A stretch of 32,000 nt of DNA from an uncultured Planctomycetota bacterium (GCA_903847315.1 CAINDG010000040.1:80813-112812); one strand, 5' to 3'. Shown: positions 9,604 through 17,981, numbered from the stretch's first letter. A program made the numbers and translations. The notes: generated from the sequence alone by a model not told the origin.

Positions 9604-10428
9604 GTGTTGCCCCCAAAAACCTGGAATAATATTTTGCCGCAAAGAACTATGAGAAGGAAGATTGCTAAAGCATTTTACCAGTTATTTTTTGACTGGAACC
9701 TGTTTAAATATAATATTAAACAACAATATTATAAATGGGGCAAAAAAGACATCAGAGACGCTTCTTCACAGGAACGTCTGGATGAAAAAACGGAAAATAA
9801 GCAGGCATTTCTTCTTCCAGAATCAGCACTTGCTCATAAATATTGCATTGGAAAGGGATTAGAGATAGGCGGTTCGGCACGTAATCCTTTTGGTTTAAGT
9901 ACATTAAATGTTGACTTCACCGATTCTATGGATACAGCCTTCAAGAAAGAGGAGGTCAATCTTTACGGGAAGGCCCTAAAGGTTGATATTGTTGCTAATG
10001 GCGATAACATTCCACTGCCTGATGAAAGCCAGGATTTTATCGTCAGTTCTCATGTAATTGAGCATTTCCCTAATCCGATTAAAGCACTTGTCGAATGGGA
10101 CAGGCTTGTCCGGCCTGGTGGAGTTATTTTTATGATTGTTCCTCACAAAAAAAGGACTTTCGACAGGGGAAGGAAAAAAACATTTTTAGAGCATTTGATA
10201 AAAGACTTTGAGAATAATAACACTATACGTCATATAGAGGCAAAGGACCATGACCATGACCATGTCTGGGTTACTAAAACTTTCGTTAAGTTAATAAAGT
10301 ATATGATTGAAAAACTTAATATGGAATGGGAAATAGTCGAGATCCAAGATGTAGATGATAAGGCTGGTAATGGATTCTCAGTAGTCATACGGAAAATTAA
10401 AACGCATAAATTCATAGAACATGCTTAA
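9604..10428 (+). CDS. Class I SAM-dependent methyltransferase (Methyltransf_11-like)
   Basis: GLEIGGSARNPFG (motif I-like) and DFIVSSHVIEHFPNPIKALVEWDRLVRPGGVIFMIVP. The GTG start at 9604 follows AAGGGA; ATG 9649 is an alternative. Contains (GACCAT)x3 at 10246-10263, encoding DHDHDH. Confidence 0.7.
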   Translation: MLPPKTWNNILPQRTMRRKIAKAFYQLFFDWNLFKYNIKQQYYKWGKKDIRDASSQERLDEKTENKQAFLLPESALAHKYCIGKGLEIGGSARNPFGLSTLNVDFTDSMDTAFKKEEVNLYGKALKVDIVANGDNIPLPDESQDFIVSSHVIEHFPNPIKALVEWDRLVRPGGVIFMIVPHKKRTFDRGRKKTFLEHLIKDFENNNTIRHIEAKDHDHDHVWVTKTFVKLIKYMIEKLNMEWEIVEIQDVDDKAGNGFSVVIRKIKTHKFIEHA

Positions 10429-10433
10429 TAATA

Positions 10434-12341
10434 GTGAACAGAATGAAAAATATAGTTACAAACGTTTTGCTTTTTACTCGTAGCTTTTTGTGGCTTTGGG
10501 CTGGTCCTATTAGGCACAAATTTTCCAAGATATTGACTGTATACAAATTTGGCGGCGTCAGGTTTTGCTGGTCTTACGCAGTAGAAAAATTCGGGAAAGA
10601 AAAATCTTTGCGCAAACCTCTTCAAAATCAGCTTTCCTATTTTCAAAGCGGATACCTTCTGGCCAGGTGCTCCAATAAACCGCTTTTTTCGATAATAACG
10701 CCTGTTTATAAAGTAGAAAGCGAATGGCTTGATAAATGTATTTGTTCAGTTGTCAGCCAACAGTATCAAAATTGGGAGCTTATACTGGTAGATGATGCCT
10801 CTCAAAAAGAGAATCTCAGGCAATTAATGAATTTATGGGCGTTGCGTGACAGCCGTATTCGCGTCTATTTTTTGGAACAAAACCGGGGAATAGCGGAAGC
10901 AACTAACTACGGAATAAAACAGGCCAAGGGCGAATTTATCAGTTTTCTTGACCATGATGACGAATTAACTCCTGATGCGCTTACTTGGATTGTGTGGACT
11001 TTAAATAAATACCCCGATGCATTGTGGTTCTATTCAGATGAAGATAAGATATCAGAGACAGGTAAATATTATAAACCAAATTTTAAGCCGGATTTCTCAC
11101 CGGAATTTCTCTTATCGATTATGTACACCTGTCATTTCAGCGTCTATTCGGCGAGCCTTATCCATCAGGCAGGCGGTATGCGGCAGGGATTCGATGGTTC
11201 TCAGGATCACGATTTAGCATTGCGATTATCAGAAATTGTCCCAAGAGAAAAGATTGTTCATATTCCGCGGATTTTATATCATTGGCGTGCAACTGTCGGC
11301 TCCAGCGTTTTGTTGGCGGGAGAAAAGTCTTTTGCGTCTACATCAGGAATAAAAGCTGTTTCCGAAGCGCTTAAAAGGCGTAATATTGCAGGCAGCGTTA
11401 CTCCACTTGAATTGTGTCCGACTTATTATAGCTTAAATCTTAGCCCTCGCAGATTGCCCAAGGTCAGCATAATAATTCCTACAAGAAATGCCCTTGTATT
11501 GTTAAAAAAGTGTCTTGATTCTGTGAGAAAACATACGAAGTACCCAAATTTAGACATAACAATTATTGACAATCTTTCAGATGATTCGGCCACAGTAGAG
11601 TTTCTGGAAAAAGAACGCAGTCATAATAAAGTCAAAATAATAAAATACGACAAGCCTTTTAATCATTCGGAAATGAATAATATAGCCGTTGAATCGACCA
11701 ATTCCGAAATAATTGTTCTTATGAATAATGATATTGAAATATTGTCGGATAACTGGCTTGAACAGCTTGTAGCTACGATGGATTTGGACGAATCCATTGG
11801 CGCTGTCGGCGGGCTGCTGCTGTATGAAAGCAACAGGGTGCAGCATGGCGGGGTGATTATAGGTTTAAACGGCGGTGCCGGTCATGCTCATAAGCATTTA
11901 AACTTCAAAAAGACCAGCGGCTATTTTGGCAGACTTTGTGTACTGCAGGAATTCTCAGCCGTGACGGCCGCACTGATACTGGTAAGAAAAGCTGCTTTTA
12001 TACAAGCCGGCGGCTTTGATTCTCAAAAATATCCGACTTCATTCAATGATATTGATTTGTGTCTCCGTATGCGAAAAAACGGTTTTCGCTGCATCTATAA
12101 TCCGAGGGTCTGTGCTATTCATCACGAGACTCAAACCCGCGATGTTACCGAAGATGAATTTCTCTTCCGCCAGAGATTTTCCCAGGACTATAGAGATATA
12201 CAAAATAATGACCCATTTTATAATCCTAATTTGTCACTTAATAATGAACAATTTCACGGTTACAGGCCGTTTCCTTTAGAAGAGCAGATACCGGAACTAT
12301 CTGAACTCATTGGGATTGCTAATCATAAAAAATTTAAATAA
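10434..12341 (+). CDS. Two-domain glycosyltransferase (tandem GT2 modules)
   Basis: Module 1: FSIITPVYKVESEWLDKCICSVVSQQYQNWELILVDDASQ ... FLDHDDEL. Module 2: KVSIIIPTRNALVLLKKCLDSVRKHT...ITIIDNLSDD ... NNDIE. Start is GTG 10434 or ATG 10443. Confidence 0.85.
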   Translation: MNRMKNIVTNVLLFTRSFLWLWAGPIRHKFSKILTVYKFGGVRFCWSYAVEKFGKEKSLRKPLQNQLSYFQSGYLLARCSNKPLFSIITPVYKVESEWLDKCICSVVSQQYQNWELILVDDASQKENLRQLMNLWALRDSRIRVYFLEQNRGIAEATNYGIKQAKGEFISFLDHDDELTPDALTWIVWTLNKYPDALWFYSDEDKISETGKYYKPNFKPDFSPEFLLSIMYTCHFSVYSASLIHQAGGMRQGFDGSQDHDLALRLSEIVPREKIVHIPRILYHWRATVGSSVLLAGEKSFASTSGIKAVSEALKRRNIAGSVTPLELCPTYYSLNLSPRRLPKVSIIIPTRNALVLLKKCLDSVRKHTKYPNLDITIIDNLSDDSATVEFLEKERSHNKVKIIKYDKPFNHSEMNNIAVESTNSEIIVLMNNDIEILSDNWLEQLVATMDLDESIGAVGGLLLYESNRVQHGGVIIGLNGGAGHAHKHLNFKKTSGYFGRLCVLQEFSAVTAALILVRKAAFIQAGGFDSQKYPTSFNDIDLCLRMRKNGFRCIYNPRVCAIHHETQTRDVTEDEFLFRQRFSQDYRDIQNNDPFYNPNLSLNNEQFHGYRPFPLEEQIPELSELIGIANHKKFK

Positions 12342-12423
12342 AATTTAATATAATTTAAATTTTATAATTATGTTTTTTTCTGATTCGGAGATAACACAGC
12401 TTTGTGCTTCTTAAAACCGTAAT

Positions 12424-13764
12424 TTACACAAAGAGCATTTTTTCATACAAAGCTGCGGATTTGGTTAATAGTTCTCGGCAGCTGTCTTTCCAAATCGGCA
12501 GTTTATATTCTTTAGGATTGCGAATTTGAGGCATTTTGCCTTTGGTTTCGATATCAATTATCATTTTTATCAGCGAATAAGTATCGTTGATATCAAAATA
12601 AGAACAAAATTCACCGCCGACCTCTTTGAAGATGGGGATATTGCTTGCTAAAACCGGCAATTTATGCTGCAAAGCCTCAACGATAGGAAGACCAAATCCT
12701 TCGGCGCATGATGGAAATATCATCGCCTTGGAATGATTATAACAGTAATCAAGTTCTGTATCAGATAAATTATTAAACATAAACAAAGTAGTTCTGTATT
12801 TTGGATGAGACCTTATACGTTCCAGGATTGCATCAGAGAACCAGCCGCTGCGGCCAACGATACACAAACAAACATCAGGATATCTCTCCCAGATTTTATC
12901 AAAGGCGTCTAATAGATATTTGTGATTCTTACGCGGTTCTATTGTGCCTATTGTCAGATATATACCGGGCTTATCGCTGTTCTCGGATATCTTTTTTAAT
13001 TCGTCCCGTACCGGACCATTTTTTATTACATTATCGATAACTGACCCGAGTTTAAATGAATCCAGCCGGTCGCCCCAGTTAACCGCCGGACGGCGGAACT
13101 CTAAATATTTTTTAACTTCATTATGAATGGTTTGAGATACAGTGACAAAGAAATCTGCGGTATCCACGGCTTGGTCGAACCATACCTGAAATCGTTCTAT
13201 GGTGTCCGGGACAAAAAAATGGGGTTGTGTAATCGGTAAAATGTCATGTACTACCAATCCAACCGTGGCTCCTTTGGCTTTGGCCCATTTTACAGCGGGC
13301 CATATAGGATATGCCCAGGAGGAGTCCAGCATCAGCAAAAGGTCCCCTTTCCTCGGATTAATCTTTCTTCTGCAAAAATACAAAATCAGCGTTGTTGGCA
13401 AAATCGCGATATGAAAAACCGTTCTGATAATACTGCTTAACCCGAAGCGTTCCGGCGCAGGAAATAAAAATCGCCCAACAGGCCGGAATGGGAAAATTGC
13501 ATATAAAAGTGAACAGAAATTTTTATATACATTTTTCAAATAAATTATAAAATTATTCCATAATTGACCGTGATATCCTGCGACCTTGTCAACTTTCCAT
13601 AAACGGCTATGCCTGGAAATGACCGGCAAACATTTCACCTCTAAGTCTTTGCCTATGGTCTGCGATTCTTTTATGATATTTCTGACAACACGCTGAATGC
13701 CGGTATTTACTTCTGTTTTATAGGTACCTGTGCATTCAAGCAGAATTCTCTTAATCCCGGTCAT
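12424..13764 (-). CDS. Glycosyltransferase family 4 (GT-B, retaining)
   Basis: The N-terminus TGIQRVVRNI is typical of mannosyl/rhamnosyl-type GT4 enzymes in O-antigen loci. The C-terminal EX7E motif is AEGFGLPIVEAL. It is the only minus-strand gene in the AT-rich segment. Confidence 0.85.
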   Translation of the reverse strand: MTGIKRILLECTGTYKTEVNTGIQRVVRNIIKESQTIGKDLEVKCLPVISRHSRLWKVDKVAGYHGQLWNNFIIYLKNVYKNFCSLLYAIFPFRPVGRFLFPAPERFGLSSIIRTVFHIAILPTTLILYFCRRKINPRKGDLLLMLDSSWAYPIWPAVKWAKAKGATVGLVVHDILPITQPHFFVPDTIERFQVWFDQAVDTADFFVTVSQTIHNEVKKYLEFRRPAVNWGDRLDSFKLGSVIDNVIKNGPVRDELKKISENSDKPGIYLTIGTIEPRKNHKYLLDAFDKIWERYPDVCLCIVGRSGWFSDAILERIRSHPKYRTTLFMFNNLSDTELDYCYNHSKAMIFPSCAEGFGLPIVEALQHKLPVLASNIPIFKEVGGEFCSYFDINDTYSLIKMIIDIETKGKMPQIRNPKEYKLPIWKDSCRELLTKSAALYEKMLFV

Positions 13765-13950
13765 TTCTCAAAATCTCTCCATATTTTTAATTGTTTATAT
13801 CACAAAAACGTTTAAGTTTCCAAAGGGCTTCTTCTGTCTCGATTTTGGAATCGAGATCCCTGGCCAGTGGATAATATACTTGGCAAACCAGCTTTCAACA
13901 AGTACATTATCCTTTAAAAGGAAACTCGTAAGATGGTAAACGAATGAAAA

Positions 13951-14094
13951 CGGTTTTGGTTTGTAGTTTTGTTTCTAATTGGTATCCTTATATGTGTTCC
14001 TAAATGGCTGATGCCGATTCGTATGCAAAAACAGGGTTGCCGAGCCGCCGCGGAATGGCTCAAGGCCAATACAAAGGAGGGAAGTATTCCCGCC
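13951..14094 (+). pseudogene. Degraded duplicate of the 3' part of the GT-C gene (gene remnant, direct repeat of 7659-7877)
   Basis: Translates as RFWFVVLFLIGILICVPKWLMPIRMQKQGCRAAAEWLKANTKEGSIP, compared with RFWFVVLFLIGILICVPKWLMPIQMQKQGYRAAAEWLKANT...KEGSIP in the intact gene. A stop lies immediately upstream (13945-13947), there is no plausible start for a full protein, and the frame ends at 14124. Confidence 0.8.
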
Positions 14095-14116
14095 AGACAC
14101 CTTCCCCGATATATTT

Positions 14117-15544
14117 ATGAATGATTCAAAAACAAAATTATTATATGGAAGCAAGTTATTATTAATTCGGCATGTTGTCGGAGTGTTGTTCAGCCTGGCT
14201 GGAACCATTGTGATGTCCGCGAGTTTGGGAATGGAAAACTGGGGGTACATTGCTACGGCAATTGTTGTATCTGTCGCATTAGAGGGTTTCCTGTCCGGCA
14301 ATGGGATTTCTGCCTATATCATTAATAAAGAAGAACTTGATTCCCACGATGAGGCCGTAGCGAATCTGTGCCAACTTGCAATCGGAGTGCTGTTTGCGGC
14401 AGGTACTATCGTCGTAACTTTTATAGGGCTGAAATGGCAAAATAAACCATTGAACTTTCTGATGGTTGTAGTGGCGATTGGCACAATATTGGTCAGCTTG
14501 AGTTCCGTGCCGGTCGCGCTTCTGGCCCGTAAAATGTATTTTGGATATATTGGGACTATCGAACTTGCCGGCGTTGTCGTCTTTAATGTGATTAGTATCG
14601 GATTAAGTATTTTTCATACTCGAATAGAATACTTTGGAATAGCATTCTTATCGAAAAGTTTTGTGGTTATGATTCTCGGGTTTGTTTTTTGCCGGCCTCG
14701 CAAATTATTTGGCATCAGGGGATTTGTGAATATGGTCAGGTTTGCTTCAAAAATTAGCATAGCAAACCTGGGAGCATGGTTCATAGAAGGAGTTGCTCCA
14801 TTGATTGCCGGTGCTGTATTGGGGACAAGAATACTTGGGCTTTATAGAATTGCTTATACACTTGTAAATTATCCCCGCGTTATCATATACGTATTCGGCA
14901 GGGTAATCTACAGTTTATTATCTGCCGAAAAGGATGAGGTTGTTCGAAGAAATGTATTATGGCAGGTTTTTGATGGACTTAATTTGATAGTAATTCCTGT
15001 CATTTTTGCTATCGGGGCACTATCGCCGGTCTGGACACGCCTGATTTATAGCAGTTCCTGGGAAGAGCTGTCTAAGGTGTTCCTGTTAGCGTCGATACAT
15101 TGGGCATTTTACACTTTGCCGTGTCTGCCTATTCAGGCATTGTTTGCGGCCCGAAGGATAAGAATGGTTGTTATTTATTTCTCAATCTATGTTGTTGTTT
15201 ACATGGGCGGATTAGTGGCGTTGAAGTGTTTTAATTCGGCTGCGATGCCGCTGGCTGGAATTATTATTTCCCCGCTGTGTTTATTGGTCTTAACGACATT
15301 TAGAAAAGTGTATCCCGGCGGCGGTTTTGCCCTGCTCTGGAAAGAGTTGGTTTCACTGACATTATTGTCAATATTAGTATGGTATATTGGATTTAACTAC
15401 CGGATAATTGCTCTTGTTCTTTGGCTCAGCGGTTTTGGGGTGTGGCTCATTTTTACAAAAGACACGTTTAGTACTGTTGCGCAATTTATAAAAGATTTTG
15501 AAATATTTAAATGGAGATTTAATAGTAAAGAAATAGCAGTATAA
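14117..15544 (+). CDS. wzx: Polysaccharide biosynthesis/MOP-family flippase (Wzx-like)
   Basis: 475 aa, about 12-14 hydrophobic helices, no soluble domains. Size, topology and context fit oligosaccharide flippases. The family call rests on architecture rather than a sharp motif. Confidence 0.65.
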   Translation: MNDSKTKLLYGSKLLLIRHVVGVLFSLAGTIVMSASLGMENWGYIATAIVVSVALEGFLSGNGISAYIINKEELDSHDEAVANLCQLAIGVLFAAGTIVVTFIGLKWQNKPLNFLMVVVAIGTILVSLSSVPVALLARKMYFGYIGTIELAGVVVFNVISIGLSIFHTRIEYFGIAFLSKSFVVMILGFVFCRPRKLFGIRGFVNMVRFASKISIANLGAWFIEGVAPLIAGAVLGTRILGLYRIAYTLVNYPRVIIYVFGRVIYSLLSAEKDEVVRRNVLWQVFDGLNLIVIPVIFAIGALSPVWTRLIYSSSWEELSKVFLLASIHWAFYTLPCLPIQALFAARRIRMVVIYFSIYVVVYMGGLVALKCFNSAAMPLAGIIISPLCLLVLTTFRKVYPGGGFALLWKELVSLTLLSILVWYIGFNYRIIALVLWLSGFGVWLIFTKDTFSTVAQFIKDFEIFKWRFNSKEIAV

Positions 15545-15852
15545 ATTCACCTTTTTTCTATTCTAATCCGCATTATCAGTACTGAAAACGAGGAATTTAG
15601 TGCAGGGAAATTACTTGCTTTGCCGATAGAGCTTTAGTATAGTATCGCCCAAGTCCCTGTCGAACGGGGTAGCAATAGGAATATGGGGCCGGCAGTATCA
15701 CGGCATAGCCGGCTCAAGCCTCCGACAGGACCCAACCGGCTAGTTAAACGGCCACCGTGAAAACAGAAAAATTGAAAATTTATACTTAGATTTAACATTT
15801 GTGGTCAACTGTTGTCTTTTTATTTCTTAAGTATTCAATTTTAAATGACTTA

Positions 15853-15924
15853 TACCCGGTGGTGTAATTGGTAACACAGAGGTTTTTGGTACCTCCATTC
15901 CTGGTTCGAGTCCAGGCCGGGTAG
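15853..15924 (+). tRNA. tRNA-Gln (anticodon UUG)
   Basis: Hand-folded cloverleaf: acceptor TACCCGG/CCGGGTA, D arm GTGT-AATTGGTA-ACAC, anticodon arm GAGGT-TTTTGGT-ACCTC (anticodon TTG), variable CATT, T arm CCTGG-TTCGAGT-CCAGG, discriminator G. The U1:A72 pair plus G73 is typical of bacterial tRNA-Gln. CCA is not encoded. Confidence 0.9.
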
Positions 15925-15969
15925 TTAAAAAGATTAAAATTTAAGAATAAAAATAAAAGTAGAGTCAAT

Positions 15970-17007
15970 ATGTCCGAAAAAGTTGCGATAATTTTAGCCG
16001 CCGGCGTAAGCAGCCGGATGAACACAAAACTGCCGAAGGTTCTGCACGAAGTTTGCGGCAGACCGATGCTGGCGTATGTAATTGATGCCTGCAGGCAGGC
16101 GGACATTCAAAAATTATATGTAATTGTCGGCTATGGCAAAGAACAGGTGATGGATTACTTCAGCGACGACAAAAATATTGTCTGGATAGAGCAAAAAGAG
16201 CAAAAAGGCACCGGCCATGCGGTAATGTGCTGTAAAAAACATCTGGCTGATTTTAGCGGCGATACCCTTATTATCTGCGGAGATATGCCTCTGATTCGGG
16301 CAGAAATCGTAAAGACCCTCATCGAAAAACATCAAAAAGAAACTTCGGCAGCAACTTTGGCGACGACAATTCTTGATGATCCGACGGGTTATGGCAGGAT
16401 TATCCGCGACAGTTACGGCAATATTCAGGGTATTGTCGAAGACGGCGACTGTACGCCGATGCAAAAAACCATCCGGGAAGTTAATCCGAGTTATTATTGT
16501 TTCCAGAATAAAATATTATTTGAGGCTCTGGATAAAATTACGCCTGACAATGTGAAGAAAGAGTATTATCTGACCGATGCACTGCATTTGATTATAGAAG
16601 CCGGCCATAAAGTTATCGCTGTAACGGCTGTGGCGGCCGAAGACGCGATGGGCGTTAACAATCGTCAGCAGCTCAGCGAAACGGGCAAGATTATGCAGCG
16701 AAGAATTCAGGACGGGTTTATGAAATCAGGAGTAACGATTGTTGACCCGCCGAATACCTGGATTGACGCCAGAACTCAAATAGGACAGGATTCAATAATT
16801 GAACCGTTTACATATATCCACGGACAGGTAAAAATAGGAAGCAATTGCAGAGTAGGGCCGTTTGCTTATTTGCGCGACGGCGCTGTTCTTGAGGACAAAG
16901 TGGTTCTCGGTGTTTTTACGGAAGCAAAAAATATACATTTTAAAACCGGAGCAGTTGTAAATTCTGAAGATATTAGGCAAAGAAAAGATAAAAGGACTGA
17001 AAAATGA
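15970..17007 (+). CDS. glmU: GlmU-like N-acetylglucosamine-1-phosphate uridyltransferase with a shortened left-handed beta-helix (345 aa versus ~450-460 for canonical GlmU)
   Basis: VAIILAAGVSSRMNTKLPKVLHEVCGRPML, GTGHA and YYLTD are uridyltransferase motifs. The LbH starts at GVTIVDPPNTWIDA and ends shortly after VGPFAYLRDGAVLEDKVVLGVFTEAK. The stop overlaps the prs ATG (ATGA). Synteny glmU-prs-ctc-pth. Confidence 0.8.
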   Translation: MSEKVAIILAAGVSSRMNTKLPKVLHEVCGRPMLAYVIDACRQADIQKLYVIVGYGKEQVMDYFSDDKNIVWIEQKEQKGTGHAVMCCKKHLADFSGDTLIICGDMPLIRAEIVKTLIEKHQKETSAATLATTILDDPTGYGRIIRDSYGNIQGIVEDGDCTPMQKTIREVNPSYYCFQNKILFEALDKITPDNVKKEYYLTDALHLIIEAGHKVIAVTAVAAEDAMGVNNRQQLSETGKIMQRRIQDGFMKSGVTIVDPPNTWIDARTQIGQDSIIEPFTYIHGQVKIGSNCRVGPFAYLRDGAVLEDKVVLGVFTEAKNIHFKTGAVVNSEDIRQRKDKRTEK

Positions 17008-17951
17008 CTTTGAATAATAACATAAAGATTTTCAGCGGCTCAAGCAACCCGGAACTTACGGAAAAAATATGCAAGTATCTTAACGTACCTGTCGGAGGAG
17101 CGAAAATAGAGAGATTTCCCGACGGCGAAAAAATAATAAAGTGCGAAGATGACGTCCGCGGCAAAGATTGCTTCATTATCCAGTCCGGCTGCGAGCCTGT
17201 CGATGCCAATATTATTGAACTTCTGATTTTCCTCGATTGCCTCAAACGCGCAAGCGCAAGCAGGGTGACGGCGGTAATTCCGTATTTTGGCTACGCAAGG
17301 CAGGACAGGAAAGACGAAGGTAGGGTACCGATAACCGCTAAACTGGTGTCGAATTTAATAACTACAGCCGGGGCCGACAGGGTTCTTGCAATGGACCTGC
17401 ACGCGGCACAATTGCAGGGATTTTTTGATATTCCCGTTGACCATCTTTTTGCCGAGCCTGTGCTGACGAAATATTTCAAAAGCAAAAAAATCAGCAACCT
17501 GACGATTGTTTCGCCGGACGTTGGAAATATAAAACGAGCCGCAAGATATGTCGAACATCTCAATGGAGAGCTGGCGATAATTCACAAAAGGCGCATAAAC
17601 GGCAGAGAAGTCCAGTGCGGAGAAATTATCGGAACAGTCAAGGGAAGAAATGTCCTGATGTGCGACGATATGATTTCGACCGCCGGTACGATGTGTTCCG
17701 CTGCCAAACTTGTTAAGGAACGGGGTGCTAAAAAAGTTTTCGTTGGCGCGACACACGGCTTATTCTGCGACAACGCGGCAAAAGCCATCGCTGATTCGCC
17801 GATTGATGAAATAGTGATTACGGACACTGTTCCATTGAAGCCGGAAGTGAAAAAAATTGCCAATCTCAAAGTATTGTCTGTTTCGGATATACTTGGCGAA
17901 GCCATAAAAAGAATACACAAAAACGAATCCATAAGTGCAATGTTTCGATAA
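17004..17951 (+). CDS. prs: Ribose-phosphate pyrophosphokinase
   Basis: IKIFSGSSNPELTEKICKYLNVPVGGAKIERFPDGE, YFGYARQDRK, and the PRPP loop VLMCDDMISTAGT. Confidence 0.95.
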   Translation: MTLNNNIKIFSGSSNPELTEKICKYLNVPVGGAKIERFPDGEKIIKCEDDVRGKDCFIIQSGCEPVDANIIELLIFLDCLKRASASRVTAVIPYFGYARQDRKDEGRVPITAKLVSNLITTAGADRVLAMDLHAAQLQGFFDIPVDHLFAEPVLTKYFKSKKISNLTIVSPDVGNIKRAARYVEHLNGELAIIHKRRINGREVQCGEIIGTVKGRNVLMCDDMISTAGTMCSAAKLVKERGAKKVFVGATHGLFCDNAAKAIADSPIDEIVITDTVPLKPEVKKIANLKVLSVSDILGEAIKRIHKNESISAMFR

Positions 17952-17981
17952 TGTTATAATTAAAAATGAGGTAAGGAAAAT

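Noticed and set aside
10246-10263. (GACCAT)x3 hexanucleotide repeat in the methyltransferase (DHDHDH), considered as a phase-variation tract
   Set aside because: The unit length is a multiple of three, so slippage would not shift the frame, and three copies is too short for efficient slippage. It may be an incidental or metal-binding patch.
12342-12423. Very AT-rich imperfect palindromes (AAAATTTAATATAATTTAAATTTT and similar) between the convergent GT2x2 and GT4 genes, considered as a bidirectional terminator or mobile-element end
   Set aside because: The stems would be all A:T and weak, and there is no GC clamp or clear U-tract. No transposase or target-site duplication accompanies them. 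This is plausibly just AT-rich spacer.
13730-13939. 69-aa plus-strand ORF in the GT4 upstream region, and a minus-strand open frame (…LKDNVLVESWFAKYIIHWPGI…) that might be another gene remnant
   Set aside because: The plus-strand ORF overlaps the GT4 start and promoter region and has no motifs. The minus-strand frame has no start codon and I cannot match it to a family. The 8-bp hairpin TCTCGATT-TTGG-AATCGAGA (13837-13856) is noted, but its function cannot be assigned.
13975-14301. 108-aa minus-strand ORF spanning the gene remnant and the wzx start
   Set aside because: It is antisense to the duplicated GT-C fragment and to the flippase N-terminus, with no RBS or motif. It is best explained as a chance open frame.
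15792-16106. 104-aa minus-strand ORF overlapping tRNA-Gln and the glmU start
   Set aside because: It overlaps a well-folded tRNA gene and the conserved GlmU N-terminus on the opposite strand, so it is not credible as a gene.
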